From: Macrostomum hystrix
Lineage: Eukaryota > Animalia > Platyhelminthes
Assembly: GCA_950097015.1 (NCBI GenBank)
Contig: CATNEN010000003.1
Location: 12,586,001 to 12,650,000, forward strand
Length of the DNA stretch: 64,000 nucleotides
Direction: 5' to 3'
The notes beneath the pieces are model-generated. The model worked only from the letters and a program-made list of their open reading frames with translations, was not told the DNA's origin and ran no database searches. The position numbers and the translations under genes were made by a program. Of this stretch, positions 37,301 to 48,710 are shown piece by piece; within the stretch, counting starts at the first letter, position 1; the number at the start of each line of letters is the position of its first letter.

Positions 37301-39354
37301 GCCAAAGTTTACTCTCTACCCCAGTGAACATTCAACCACGCCGAAGTTTACTCTCTACCCCAGTGTACATTCAACCACGCCAAAGTTTACTCTCTACCCC
37401 AGTGTACATCCAACCACGCAGCTGCTTCCTTTCTACCCCCACTGTACATTGAACTAAGTTGAAGTGTATATTCCCTATCTTCGACCTTCCCGGTTTAAAC
37501 CGCACCGACCTGAGAAACACATCGGGCACCCAGATTCTCTCCCAGATGTTTTCGCCAAGTTTAATCTTGCGTCTTCCTCCGGCTTGAGAGGCGTTGAATC
37601 TAAGCCGAGGATCGGTCCACTGCAGACGCAGGTACACAGTTAACGCGTAGTCCTGCCGTATTTATTCAAATGAGATTATTTTGTAGGAGCTAATAGCACG
37701 CTGATAACTCTGATCTCCTAGAATTTATGCTACGTGTGTGTCAAACAAATTTTTCGTCTTGTTATCACTTTTATTTCACTCACTCACTCTAAAATTTTCT
37801 CTCCGGCCAAGCTCATTGTGTATTAGGTTTTCACCAGACACGCGAAAAAGTCCGGATTAGGACAGGAGAGTCTGTACTGGGATGAGGACTAAATAACTGA
37901 TCCCGAATTCGCATTCGATTCACCGGTGGGATTTCCAACAGACAGACGATCGTTCTCGATCTTTTTTCAGCCTCCAAATTAATTATCCAGCCCAACAAAT
38001 TGAAAGTGCAGTCAGTACACGCCATGCTCTTATCTAAGCGAGCGTATATGTAGAGACGTTATATAGATTCCGGAAATTCAGCAAATCGATTAGATGCTTC
38101 TGTCCTTCGGAACCTATACATATGCTGGACTGTTCAGTAGTTCAAAGACTTGATATTTGAGGGCCAAAGGACAGGCTCCAACGACAAGCTTCATCAGACA
38201 GTCCATCGATAAATTGAACCCCCAATCTGCAACTGCTTAACTCACACTGAAAAATCTCGGTCTCACACTTATATGAGTCTCACCATTGTAGCCTCGCTGA
38301 TGGAATAGAATCCTATTATGTAAATCCCTATGAAAACCTCGGTTGGTGAATCTGAAAAATTGGAAAATTGATACTTTTCAGCTCTTCAGGCGATACAAAC
38401 GCAGGCAGATTCGGCTCAGCCTGCTTCTGTAAAGTAAAGTAGCAGAAATTAAGGGAGCATTGTGGCTGAGAAATCGATTTTTTGTTGAGCAGATTCGCGC
38501 TGTTATCACTGAATAGCGGGCTGGTTTGTCACCTTGTCACGCGATATATAGGCACAGCTGTTCACACTCACCACCGTCAGGACTGTTCTGTCTGGTGTAG
38601 CCAGTTAGCAAACGGTCGACAACTGATTTGCTGTCGTATTTTTTGTGGAAGGTAGAATTTAGGTAGACGATTATGATTAATTTATCGAGAGAAAATCTTA
38701 TAGACATAACAGTTTTAGGACACAACTGTGCTCACGTCATGTAGTCAATGCCTTCACTGAAATGGAAAAATAGACATTTTGGGGTTGACAAGAAAGGATT
38801 TACGGACATTGTTTTCGGATTTCTTGTAATCATATCCCTGATACGAGTATCTAACAAAATTTTGTCTAAAAAAGGCCTAAAAATTCACTTGGCTGTCTCA
38901 TCTCTCCCCTGTCTCATCTCTCCCCTGTCTCATCTCTCCCCTGTCTCATCTCTCCCCTGTCTCATCTCTCCCCTGTCTCATCTCTCCCCTGTCTCATCTC
39001 TCCCCTGTCTCATCTCTCCCCTGTCTCATCTCTCCCCTGTCTCATCTCTCCCCTGTCTCATCTCTCCCCTGTCTCATCTCTCCCCTGTCTCATCTCTCCC
39101 CTGTCTCATCTCTCCCCTGTCTCATCTCTCCCCTGTCTCATCTCTCCCCTGTCTTATCTCTCCCCTGTCTCATCTCTCCCCTGTCTCATCTCTCCTATGT
39201 CTCATCCCTCCCCTATCTCTGGTTTCGCAATAAGAATTTCAAATCGAATCAGCAGGTAGACTTACATTCGAGTGATGTTCTCCACATTTTCAGTGCCACT
39301 GGATGCAGTCACTAGCAACTCGACGGTCAGCAACCAAAGAATTGTCGCCTTCAT
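34371..39354 (-). CDS. Cys-loop ligand-gated chloride channel subunit (glycine-receptor/GluCl-like), 10 exons
   Basis: Exons 39354-39266, 38630-38572, 38351-38284, 37652-37510, 37190-37101, 36987-36905, 36390-36185, 35881-35782, 35486-35077 and 34616-34371 are all GT-AG and phase-compatible. Signal peptide, [18 protein letters not shown], Cys-loop [15 protein letters not shown], second Cys pair in loop C ([12 protein letters not shown]), M2 [18 protein letters not shown]4 [10 protein letters not shown]. Confidence 0.95.
34700..34835. mobile_element. Dispersed repeat remnant (probably DNA-transposon derived)
   Basis: AAATTTTCTGCTCTATCCGATGAAACAACT...GGTTTGGGA.CTATCGT...CCCAGGG.AAAAATAGCGT recurs at ~41430-41570 and ~57130-57570. 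Confidence 0.6.
35970..36175. repeat. 24-bp intronic minisatellite (TTCTATCCGTCTTTGAACCCTCCA)n
   Basis: About 8 copies in a channel-gene intron. Confidence 0.9.
36420..36665. repeat. 21-bp intronic minisatellite (ACAGTTGAACGACGGAATGAG)n
   Basis: About 11 copies in a channel-gene intron. Confidence 0.92.
37275..37450. repeat. 39-bp intronic tandem repeat
   Basis: About 4 copies of CTACCCCAGTGTACATTCAACCACGCCAAAGTTTACTCT. Confidence 0.85.
38893..39215. repeat. 16-bp intronic minisatellite (TCTCATCTCTCCCCTG)n
   Basis: About 20 copies in intron 1 of the channel gene. Confidence 0.95.
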
Positions 39355-40189
39355 TGACAAGAGAATTCTACTATATAAATTAAGCAATATTTCTGTCTTT
39401 TAAAAGCACGATTTTTACTTGTGTGTCTAGTCTCTAGTATAGAGAAAGATTTAAAGCGAAAAAACATTTTTAAACCATTGTCACCGTCTGCAACCTAAGC
39501 TTGGGCAAATACTGAATTTTAGAAATGAAAAATAATCCTTGTAGTGCAACAGAAGAAGTGTTAAATGAGCTAAAACCTGTTCGACGCCTCGTTTTTTGAA
39601 AGCATCTGGCTTTAGGGTAAATACTGTATTCTGTACCCATTGCGGAGCGAATCTACCGCTCAATTGCTTCTTTCTCAGCCTCCTCTCTCCCTTACATCAA
39701 CCAATCAGAATGCAGCGCCTGTCTGTACTTCAGAAGGCTTAAAAATGGGCGGAGTAAGAAATGAGAAGCTAAGAAATAAAATTCATATTGTGGGAGAACT
39801 TCAGGTAATAATAATAAGTCTGTAAGCATGAAATCTAAATGAGCTGTAGGAAATTTCATTTCGTTGAGCAAATATGCCCAATAAGAGTGAGTATATTTAT
39901 TGGCAAACATTGGCCCTCTTGCAAATCTTTTACCACCTAACTATTTCTCTCTCTCTCTCTCTCCACAAGGTTCTTTAAAAGCGGTTTTTTCTGCAAAACT
40001 AACTCAAAGTTTTTTCCGACAGACGAAATAAAAATGGGTGCCCATCTCTTGTTCTAGTTTGTTGACGTTTGCTCCGAAATAGAGGAAGGAATTTTTTTTA
40101 ACGTTATTTCGCTCATTATCGTTCTAAAAATAGAACAATGAAGCTAAAATTCTACTTTCTCACTGTAAAAGAAATGTTAAAAGTTTTAT

Positions 40190-40555
40190 CTAAAAAGTTT
40201 AGAGTTACTGTCTAACATGTTAGAGTTACTGTCTAACAGGTTAGAGTTACTCTCTAACAAGTTCGAGTTACTGTCTAACATGTTAGAGTTACGGTCTAAC
40301 AGGTTAGAGCTACTGTCTAACAGGTTAGAGCTACTGTCTAACAGGTTAGAGCTACTGTCCAACAGGTTAGAGCTACTGTCTAATAGGTTAGAGCTACTGT
40401 CTAACAGGTTAGAGCTACTGTCTAACAGGTTAGAGCTACTGTCTAACAGGTTAGAGCTACTGTCTAACAGGTTAGAGCTACTGTCTAACAGGTTAGAGCT
40501 ACTGTCTAACAGGTTAGAGCTACTGTCTAACAGGTTAGAGTTACTCTCTAACATG
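40190..40555. repeat. 21-bp minisatellite (TGTCTAACAGGTTAGAGCTAC)n
   Basis: About 17 copies; each unit contains the inverted pair TCTAAC/GTTAGA. Confidence 0.95.
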
Positions 40556-41736
40556 TAGATTTTCTATCTGAAAGGTTGATTTTACTATCTAACAGGTAGA
40601 AGAAACTAGCATTCTAGCTGTTGTTCCCTTTAACCAGAGAGAAAATAGGCGCAGAAGAGAAGGCGGCATTCATATCCCCACAAGAAAAATCCCCTCAAAC
40701 ATGCTGATTGCCTGCCAGATATCTGAACGACCTCATCGTCAAAACAGCATTCTTTGGTTAAGAAAAACAGCAAGATGTTTGGCAGCTGGTGCGCAGCCAA
40801 CTTTCTCAACACCTCCCTGCCGCCATTTCCCTCCCCTGCTGGGTTCGCTGGCGCAACCAGAAACGGAGATGACAAGGGGAAGAGGGGGAGGGGATTTCGT
40901 ATTTAGGCAGGGCGGTCTGAGAAGCTTCGTGCGTGTTTTTCGCCTCGAGGTATGGCGGGAGGACTTTCTGGTGGGGACGAAAGAAGCTACATGAGCTGCT
41001 TCTCAGCCACTTTTCTGGCTGGATTCTTTTTTTCCTACCGGCTTCTAGGAAATTTTTGTTCGCAGCCGAGCGCAAAAAAGAGGAAATTTTTTTTCACGCC
41101 CTAGCTTTTCCTTACTACACAGATGGGCAGCTGTGAGACTGCCCTCGGATTACTGAGTAGTGCATCTTAGTGACAGTTACTAAGGCCTAACGATGTACTT
41201 CAGCGCTTGTATTATTACAAGACGACACTCGGTGCATGTTTGCCTTAAGAGGCAGTCAAATTTCAAAACTTTGGAGTTTTAAATGAAAACTTTCAATATT
41301 CTTTAGTGTCTCATCCCCTGTACTTTAACAGGATAAAGACCAGTTAGGTGAATTATTTCAAATGCCCAATTTTTTCGTATTTCTGAAAATATTTTACCAA
41401 TCATCGTGACAATCCAGAAAGTAGAATTAAAATTTTCTGCTCAATCCGATGAATCAATCTGCTTAATATTGATCCATGTGGCGGAGTTTCACAAAAATAG
41501 GTCCTTCGGTTTGGGAGCTATCGTGATGTAGGCCGGAGGTATTTGAAATACCCCCCAGTGCTTTTTCCCAGCTTTTTTAAGTCTTCAAAACCATTCTTTA
41601 AAAACTTGATCATCTCTAACTTGTCATCTCCCAAATTTTGCAACAAAAAATTGTTTACTTTTTTATACCTGTTGTCCTCATTTGCTAACGTATTTATTCG
41701 CAGAAGTGCTGTGGGCACTAGCACATCATTTATTGA

Positions 41737-42105
41737 CACTAGACCCGCAGCCAGTGAGGAGGAAACTCCGCTCATTTCGCTGAATCATGTGCATTTCGCT
41801 TGATACTTCATTCTCAGGCAGTGTACACTCTCAGTACACTCTATATACACCCTCTGTACACCCTCTGTATACTCTATGTACTCTCTATGCACTCTCATGT
41901 ACACTTTATGTACACTTTATGTACGCTCATAATTGTAGCTCTATATGTACACTCTATTGGGGATTGGTTCTGAAGGACGTAGTCTGAACGACAAGCCCCC
42001 AGCCTTCTCTCCGCTGCTGTGACCCAACCGAATGTAGCGCCGTCTCGCATTCGAGTTAATGGACCATAGCTTGAGAGACAGACGCATTATTAGGCCGCTC
42101 TGGAA
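41737..42105 (-). mobile_element. SINE family B, diverged copy with an internal short tandem expansion
   Basis: Both ends are homologous to 56417-56715; ~11-bp TACACTCT-type repeats at 41820-41955. Confidence 0.7.
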
Positions 42106-42324
42106 CTCACCCTCCAATGCCACATATAGGACATCATCCCTTCATTCACATTCCATGTTTTGATGTTTATTGTTAACTTCCTTTTTTTACAAAAAATTGA
42201 TTTAGCAAAACGCATTAGTCACTACTGACACTGATCCTAGTGATCCACTGATAACTAGTAGCTTGAATTGCGAAATTAGACATTTTAATTTACTGTTCCC
42301 TGATTATGCAAATCAGATTTGATC

Positions 42325-44150
42325 GAGTGATTTTGATTGAGAGTGACTCTTTGATTGAGAGTGACTCTTTGATTGAGAGTGACTCTTTGATTGAGAGTGA
42401 CTCTTTGATTGAGAGTGACTCTTTGATTGAGAGTGACTCTTTGATTGAGAGTGACTCTTTGATTGAGAGTGACTTTTTGATTGAGAGTGACTCTGATTGA
42501 GAGTGGCTCTTTGATTGAGAGTGACTCTTTGATTGAGAGTGACTCTTTGATTGAGAGTGACTCTGATTGAGAGTGACTCTTTGATTGAGAGTGACTCTGA
42601 TTGAGAGTGGCTCTTTGATTGAGAGTGGCTCTTTGATTGAGAGTGACTCTTTGATTGAGAGTGACTCTGATTGAGAGTGACTCTTTGATTGAGAGTGACT
42701 CTTTGATTGAGAGTGACTCTTTGATTGAGAGTGACTCTTTGATTGAGAGTGACTCTTTGATTGAGAGTGACTCTTTGATTGAGAGTGACTCTTTGATTGA
42801 GAGTGACTCTGATTGAGAGTGACTCTTTGATTGAAAGTGACTTTTTGATTGAGAGTGACTCTTTGATTGAGAGTGACTCTTTGATTGAGAGTGACTCTTT
42901 GATTGAGAGTGACTCTGATTGAGAGTGACTCTTTGATTGAGAGTGACTCTGATTGAGAGTGGCTCTTTGATTGAGAGTGGCTCTTTGATTGAGAGTGACT
43001 CTTTGATTGAGAGTGACTTTTTGATTGAGAGTGACTCTGATTGAGAGTGGCTCTTTGATTGAGAGTGACTCTTTGATTGAGAGTGACTCTTTGATTGAGA
43101 GTGACTTTTTGATTGAGAGTGACTCTGATTGAGAGTGACTCTTTGATTGAGAGTGACTTTTTGATTGAGAGTGACTCTGATTGAGAGTGACTCTTTGATT
43201 GAGAGTGACTCTTTGATTGAGAGTGACTTTTTGATTGAGAGTGACTCTGATTGAGAGTGACTCTTTGATTGAGAGTGACTTTTTGATTGAGAGTGACTCT
43301 GATTGAGAGTGGCTCTTTGATTGAGAGTGACTCTGATTGAGAGTGACTCTTTGATTGAGAGTGACTCTGATTGAGAGTGGCTCTTTGATTGAGAGTGACT
43401 CTGATTGAGAGTGGCTCTTTGATTGAGAGTGACTCTTTGATTGAGAGTGACTTTTTGATTGAGAGTGACTCTGATTGAGAGTGGCTCTTTGATTGAGAGT
43501 GACTCTTTGATTGAGAGTGACTCTGATTGAGAGTGGCTCTGATTGAGAGTGACTCTGATTGAGAGTGACTCTTTGATTGAGAGTGACTTTTTGATTGAGA
43601 GTGACTCTGATTGAGAGTGGCTCTTTGATTGAGAGTGACTCTGATTGAGAGTGACTCTTTGATTGAGAGTGACTCTGATTGAGAGTGGCTCTTTGATTGA
43701 GAGTGGCTCTTTGATTGAGAGTGACTCTTTGATTGAGAGTGACTCTTTGATTGAGAGTGACTTTTTGATTGAGAGTGACTCTGATTGAGAGTGGCTCTTT
43801 GATTGAGAGTGACTCTTTGATTGAGAGTGACTCTTTGATTGAGAGTGACTCTGATTGAGAGTGAATTTTTGATTGAGAGTGACTCTGATTGAGAGTGGCT
43901 CTTTGATTGAGAGTGACTCTTTGATTGAGAGTGACTCTTTGATTGAGAGTGACTTTTTGATTGAGAGTGACTCTGATTGAGAGTGGCTCTTTGATTGAGA
44001 GTGACTCTTTGATTGAGAGTGACTCTGATTGAGAGTGACTCTGATTGAGAGTGACTCTTTGATTGAGAGTGACTCTTTGATTGAGAGTGACTTTTTGATT
44101 GAGAGTGACTCTGATTGAGAGTGACTCCGATTGAGAGTGACTCTGATATA
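42325..44150. repeat. 18/16-bp minisatellite (GATTGAGAGTGACTCT[TT])n
   Basis: About 100 copies of two length variants; each unit contains the inverted pair AGAGT/ACTCT. Confidence 0.97.
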
Positions 44151-44638
44151 TAGAGTGATTTAAAATGCTTTTAAAGTACCTCAAAATTTGTGGTAATTTT
44201 TCCATTCAAAGCTTTCAACTCATATCCTGTTGCCTTTGCTATCACTAGCACAGTTTACTGATCAATAAAAAAGATTGAGTTCATGAATACACAATAGCCT
44301 ACATCGCTCAGGATGTGGTTACTGATTGCAAAAGCCCATTTTGCTTTCGACTTTTTAACAATTTCCAGACAAAATGCAACACTCAGCCTCACTGATGGCA
44401 TTGTCTTCGAACCAGAACGGAAATTTTGTACGATAAAAAACCTACATTTTGATGAAATTGGCAGTAGCACGTCGGGTTGACAAGATTCTATACAGACTTT
44501 TTCATCATGTACTGATCTGCAAATTTTAGACAAGTGGTTGGATCAAGAGGTCATTACTTAACCTTTCCTAGCCTACCTACCTTCAGTTTTTGTTTGATAA
44601 TTCTATTCATCAACAGATCTCATTTCTTAAAGTAGAAT

Positions 44639-46676
44639 TCAGTCAGTTTTATGAACGTTCTGCAAACTCTGGTTTTCCAGAATCACTTCCCGACTGCTGA
44701 CTGGGCCGCTGGACCCCGGCTGCAGCCGCTGCTGTTGCGGGGGCCTGTCGACTAGTTTGAGTCCGCAGACATGCTTGAGGCACACCGCAGCCAGCTGTCT
44801 GAATCTGGAGTCGCATTTCGTCAGCACAATCAGGTTGGCCGTGTAGCTCAAAGCCTCGAGGCAGTTGATCAGGCTGGCGATGACCACTCGAGCCGATGCG
44901 GGTACATCCGGCTCCGGGTGTACGATCACTGTCGGCAGCTGGCCAACCAGGAAGCAGGCGTTCAGCAGCAGGACGCAGCGGGTCCTCCGGCTTCTATGGC
45001 GACTCCGGGAAAGTCGGCCTCGGCGATAGTTGCCGTGGCAACGGTCATAGGTAGCGGTTTCGTACTTCGGTTGTCGAACCAGAAAAATCAATCGATGCAG
45101 CAGGTAGCAGCTCAGGCCAATGAGGGCCAGCAAAGGTCCGATGTGCATCAGTGACATGGCCAGCCATCGGTAGACATTGTCGCACCAGTCTGCCGCGCTG
45201 ACTGGTGTCAAATGGTTGTCATAGCAACTGTAGGCCAGACAGAAGGCTCTTGGTAGATTAACGCCAATTGCTAGCAGCCAGACGGCCATTGTGCCAACTG
45301 TGTACCGCCAGCTGCAGCGAATGAAGCATCGACATTGTGCACCGCTTCGTTGAACTACAACGCACCAGAGCAGAGTAACTGCGAGCATGATGTAGGTGCT
45401 AGCTGCACTGCAGGCATTGGCTAGCGGGTAGTAGATTCTTGCGTAGAATACCGATTTGTAAATAAACAACTCACGCCCAGTTGAGAATGGACAGACGTAG
45501 GGGCACGAGTCCAATAGATCGGAGACGAGCCAGAGGCTGAGCATGAGTACGTCTGAGCCAGCTTTAACACCCAGGAGAAAATAGAACAGCAATCTAGTGG
45601 AGATAGCGGGTGTGTGATGCATAGATATCATAAGCAAACCAGAGTATAGAGAGTCTGCTGCCTATGGCCAACTCGCTGGGAATAATGTTTAATAATTTTA
45701 CTGGCAACCGAGCTCAAAGAGTATGTGAAATTGTGCATTGCGCAGCTGTTGCAACGTCCTCCACAGCAGCTAGTAGAAAGATTCGGTTAGCTTTCGGTTC
45801 TTACTTCCACCACTGGGCAGTGCTGCGCGTCTCCCTTCTAAATCAAAGGCGTGGCAGATGTTGTACACGGAGATTTGAGAAATATCGCCCACTCGCTCAC
45901 CTCTTTGCCGAGCTTCACGATTCACGACAACAGTGAATGGTGACACTTTTTAGGCGGTGAACTATACAAGCCGCTGTGTGAGTTCATTTTATTTAACCAT
46001 AGACAACTGCTTAGATGTCGAAATTGTCTGCCCGTTGTCTAATTTCAAAGCCCGCGTGTGCATTTTCGAGTTGGCCATAGACAGCAGTCGTGGCTTGGCG
46101 CCACAGAAAGCTCTGCAGTGTCCAATTTAAAATCCCACTGTTAACTAGATCGCAAAATGCTATGGTATCTATGGCCTCACCAAAGTCCCTGAACTCGATT
46201 AGGCAGCTGTTACCCGATATTCATTTCGGGTATTCATCTTGGAGTGTACACTAACTGACGATGAGTAAGTCAGAGCAGATGTACGTGTGTGCTCTGGAGT
46301 CGCTGCATGGCTGCAGGTCTATACTGTCACCAAATAATGCCCCAGTACCTACAGACCTCCTACAGATATTATTATTATAATTAGATCAGTATTATTATTA
46401 CCTGGTTGAGATTAATAGTCTGAGTAGCAGCAGCCAGAGCAAAATTTCGGCTAAGATGGACCCGCTGGCTACCGCCGGTGTCACCACCAGCACAATGGCC
46501 TGGTAGGCCAGTGGTCTGGAAATATCATCGAAGCTGTTGTTGGTCCTCAGGCAGGCCAGGTCCTCCGACAGGTTGTCCTGATCTGTCAGCTGGAATGGCG
46601 CGCCGCTGAAGTGCCAAGTGAGATCGTCGAGAAACACGCTGCTGCTACTGACGAGCTTGAGTTTCGATTGAGTCAT
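44639..46676 (-). CDS. Divergent rhodopsin-class GPCR (FMRFamide/peptide-receptor-like), 2 exons
   Basis: Exon 46676-46402 (N-terminus and TM1) splices in phase 2 to 45593-44639 (LISTR|LLFYF). Hydrophobic 7TM pattern with YPLANAC..ASTY, LAIGVNLP, HIGPLLAL, FLVGQLP and YTAN...DSRFR. Confidence 0.8.
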
Positions 46677-48615
46677 ATCGGCGAACTTGCTGCTTCTCTC
46701 TGCTCCGAGAAATCAGTCCTATAGTTGAACACGCGAGCAAATTAATTCTTTGCTGATCCTTATCAAGCCACAGTTGGCCTTGGCTTATTTTTATTTGCCT
46801 CCAGTCTCAATACTGGCTTCTGCATCCGAAGCATCAGAGCTACTGCTTAGTGACCAAAGCGTTATCGCAATTGCATTTCTGCCACTGTAGATAAGATTGC
46901 TTCGTCTATGCGAATTGTGAGCTTGTCTCCAAGGAAGGAAGTTGGAGTTTATTTATACCTCATTGTAAATGCAATTTATGAAACTTGCTTCCCCTCTGCT
47001 ACACAATGTTAGTCCCTGATTAATCTTGTTTTAGTTTTGTTATTTTCTATAAAATATGCAAATAAAAGCAGCTGATACTTCCTCAAGTCTTTTATGCCGC
47101 TCACATTCTTCTCTCTTTCCGTATCTGAAATCTGGACTATCCGCAATCACCTCCCTCTGCGTTCCTTCTCTTCTCTCTTCCCTGTCTCTCGCTTTTCTCT
47201 TCCCACTCTCTTCTCTCTCTCTTCCCTCTCTTCTCTCTCTCTCTTCCCTCTCTTCTCTCTCTCTTCCCTCTCTTCTCTCTCTCTTCCCTCTCTTCTCTCT
47301 CTTCCCTCTCTTCCCTCTCTCTTCCCTCTCTTCTCTCTCTCTTACCTCTCTTCTCTCTCTCTTCCCTCTCTTCCCTCTCTCTTCCCTCTCTTCTCTCTCT
47401 CTTACCTCTCTTCCCTCTCTCTTCCCTCTCTTCTCTCTCTCTTCCCTCTCTTCTCTCTCTCTTCCCTCTCTTCCCTCTCTCTTCCCTCTCTTCTCTCTCT
47501 CTTACCTCTCTTCCCTCTCTTTTCCCTCTCTTCTCTCTCTCTTCCCTCTCTTCCCTCTCTCTTCCCTCTCTTCTCTCTCTCTTCCCTCTCTTCTCTCTCT
47601 TCCCTCTCTTCTCTCTCTTCCCTCTCTTCCCTCTCTCTTCCCTCTCTTCTCTCTCTCTTACCTCTCTTCTCTCTCTCTTCCCTCTCTTCCCTCTCTCTTC
47701 CCTCTCTTCTCTCTCTCTTACCTCTCTTCCCTCTCTCTTCCCTCTCTTCTCTCTCTCTTCCCTCTCTTCTCTCTCTCTTCCCTCTCTTCCCTCTCTCTTC
47801 CCTCTCTTCTCTCTCTTCCCTCTCTTCCCTCTCTCTTCCCTCTCTTCTCTCTCTCTTCCCTCTCTTCCCTCTCTCTTCCCTCTCTTCTCTCTCTCTTCCC
47901 TCTCTTCCCTCTCTCTTCCCTCTCTTCTCTCTCTCTTACCTCTCTTCCCTCTCTCTTCCCTCTCTTCTCTCTCTCTTCCCTCTCTCTTCCCTCTCTTCTC
48001 TCTCTCTTCCCTCTCTTCTCTCTCTCTTCCCTCTCTTCTCTCTTCCCTCTCTTCCCTCTCTCTTCCCTCTCTTCTCTCTCTCTTCCCTCTCTTCCCTCTC
48101 TCTTCCCTCTCTTCTCTCTCTCTTCCCTCTCTTCTCTCTCTCTTCCCTCTCTTCCCTCTCTTTCCTCTCTCTTCCCTCTCTTCTCTCTCTCTTCCCTCTC
48201 TTCCCTCTCTCTTCCCTCTCTTCTCTCTCTCTTCCCTCTCTTCTCTCTCTCTTCCCTCTCTTCCCTCTCTCTTCTCTCTCTTCCCTCTCTTCCCTCTCTC
48301 TTCCCTCTCTTCTCTCTCTCTTCCCTCTCTTCTCTCTCTCTTCCCTCTCTTCCCTCTCTCTTCCCTCTCTTCTCTCTCTCTTCCCTCTCTTCCCTCTCTC
48401 TTCCCTCTCTTCTCTCTCTCTTCCCTCTCTTCTCTCTCTCTTCCCTCTCTTCCCTCTCTTTCCTCTCTCTTCCCTCTCTTCTCTCTCTCTTCCCTCTCTT
48501 CTCTCTCTCTTCCCTCTCTTCTCTCTCTCTTCCCTCTCTTCTCTCTCTCTTCCCTCTCTTCACTCTCTCTTCCCTCTCTTCTCTCTCTCTTTCCTCTCTT
48601 CTCTCTCTCTTCTAA

Positions 48616-48710
48616 TGGCTAGAGCGCTAGGCTAGACTCTACTGATGAGCTCCAATAAGAGCGAAACGCGTCTGGAGTTGCCTTGGTTCGAATCCTGATT
48701 TCAATTTTTT
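48616..48710 (+). promoter_or_regulatory. Putative internal Pol III promoter (A-box-like plus B box) and oligo-T terminator bracketing the ribozyme
   Basis: TGGCTAGAGCG (48616-26), consensus B box GGTTCGAATCC (48685-95), TTTTTT (48705-10). Confidence 0.6.
48629..48683 (+). ncRNA. Type I hammerhead ribozyme
   Basis: Stem I GACTCTA(48635-41)/TGGAGTT(48673-79), extended by AGGC/GCCT past a TA bulge; core CTGATGA (48642-48); stem II GCTC-CAATAA-GAGC; GAAA (48663-66); palindromic stem III ACGCGT; cleavage triplet GTC (48670-72). Confidence 0.9.

Noticed and set aside
40600-41140. GC-richer block with short ORFs
   Set aside because: Probably a TE fragment, but no termini, TSD or recognisable protein to support a call.
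42313-48635. Long ORFs of 630 aa (42313-44205) and ~515 aa (47056-48635)
   Set aside because: Low-complexity translations of the 18/16-bp satellite and the CT microsatellite.
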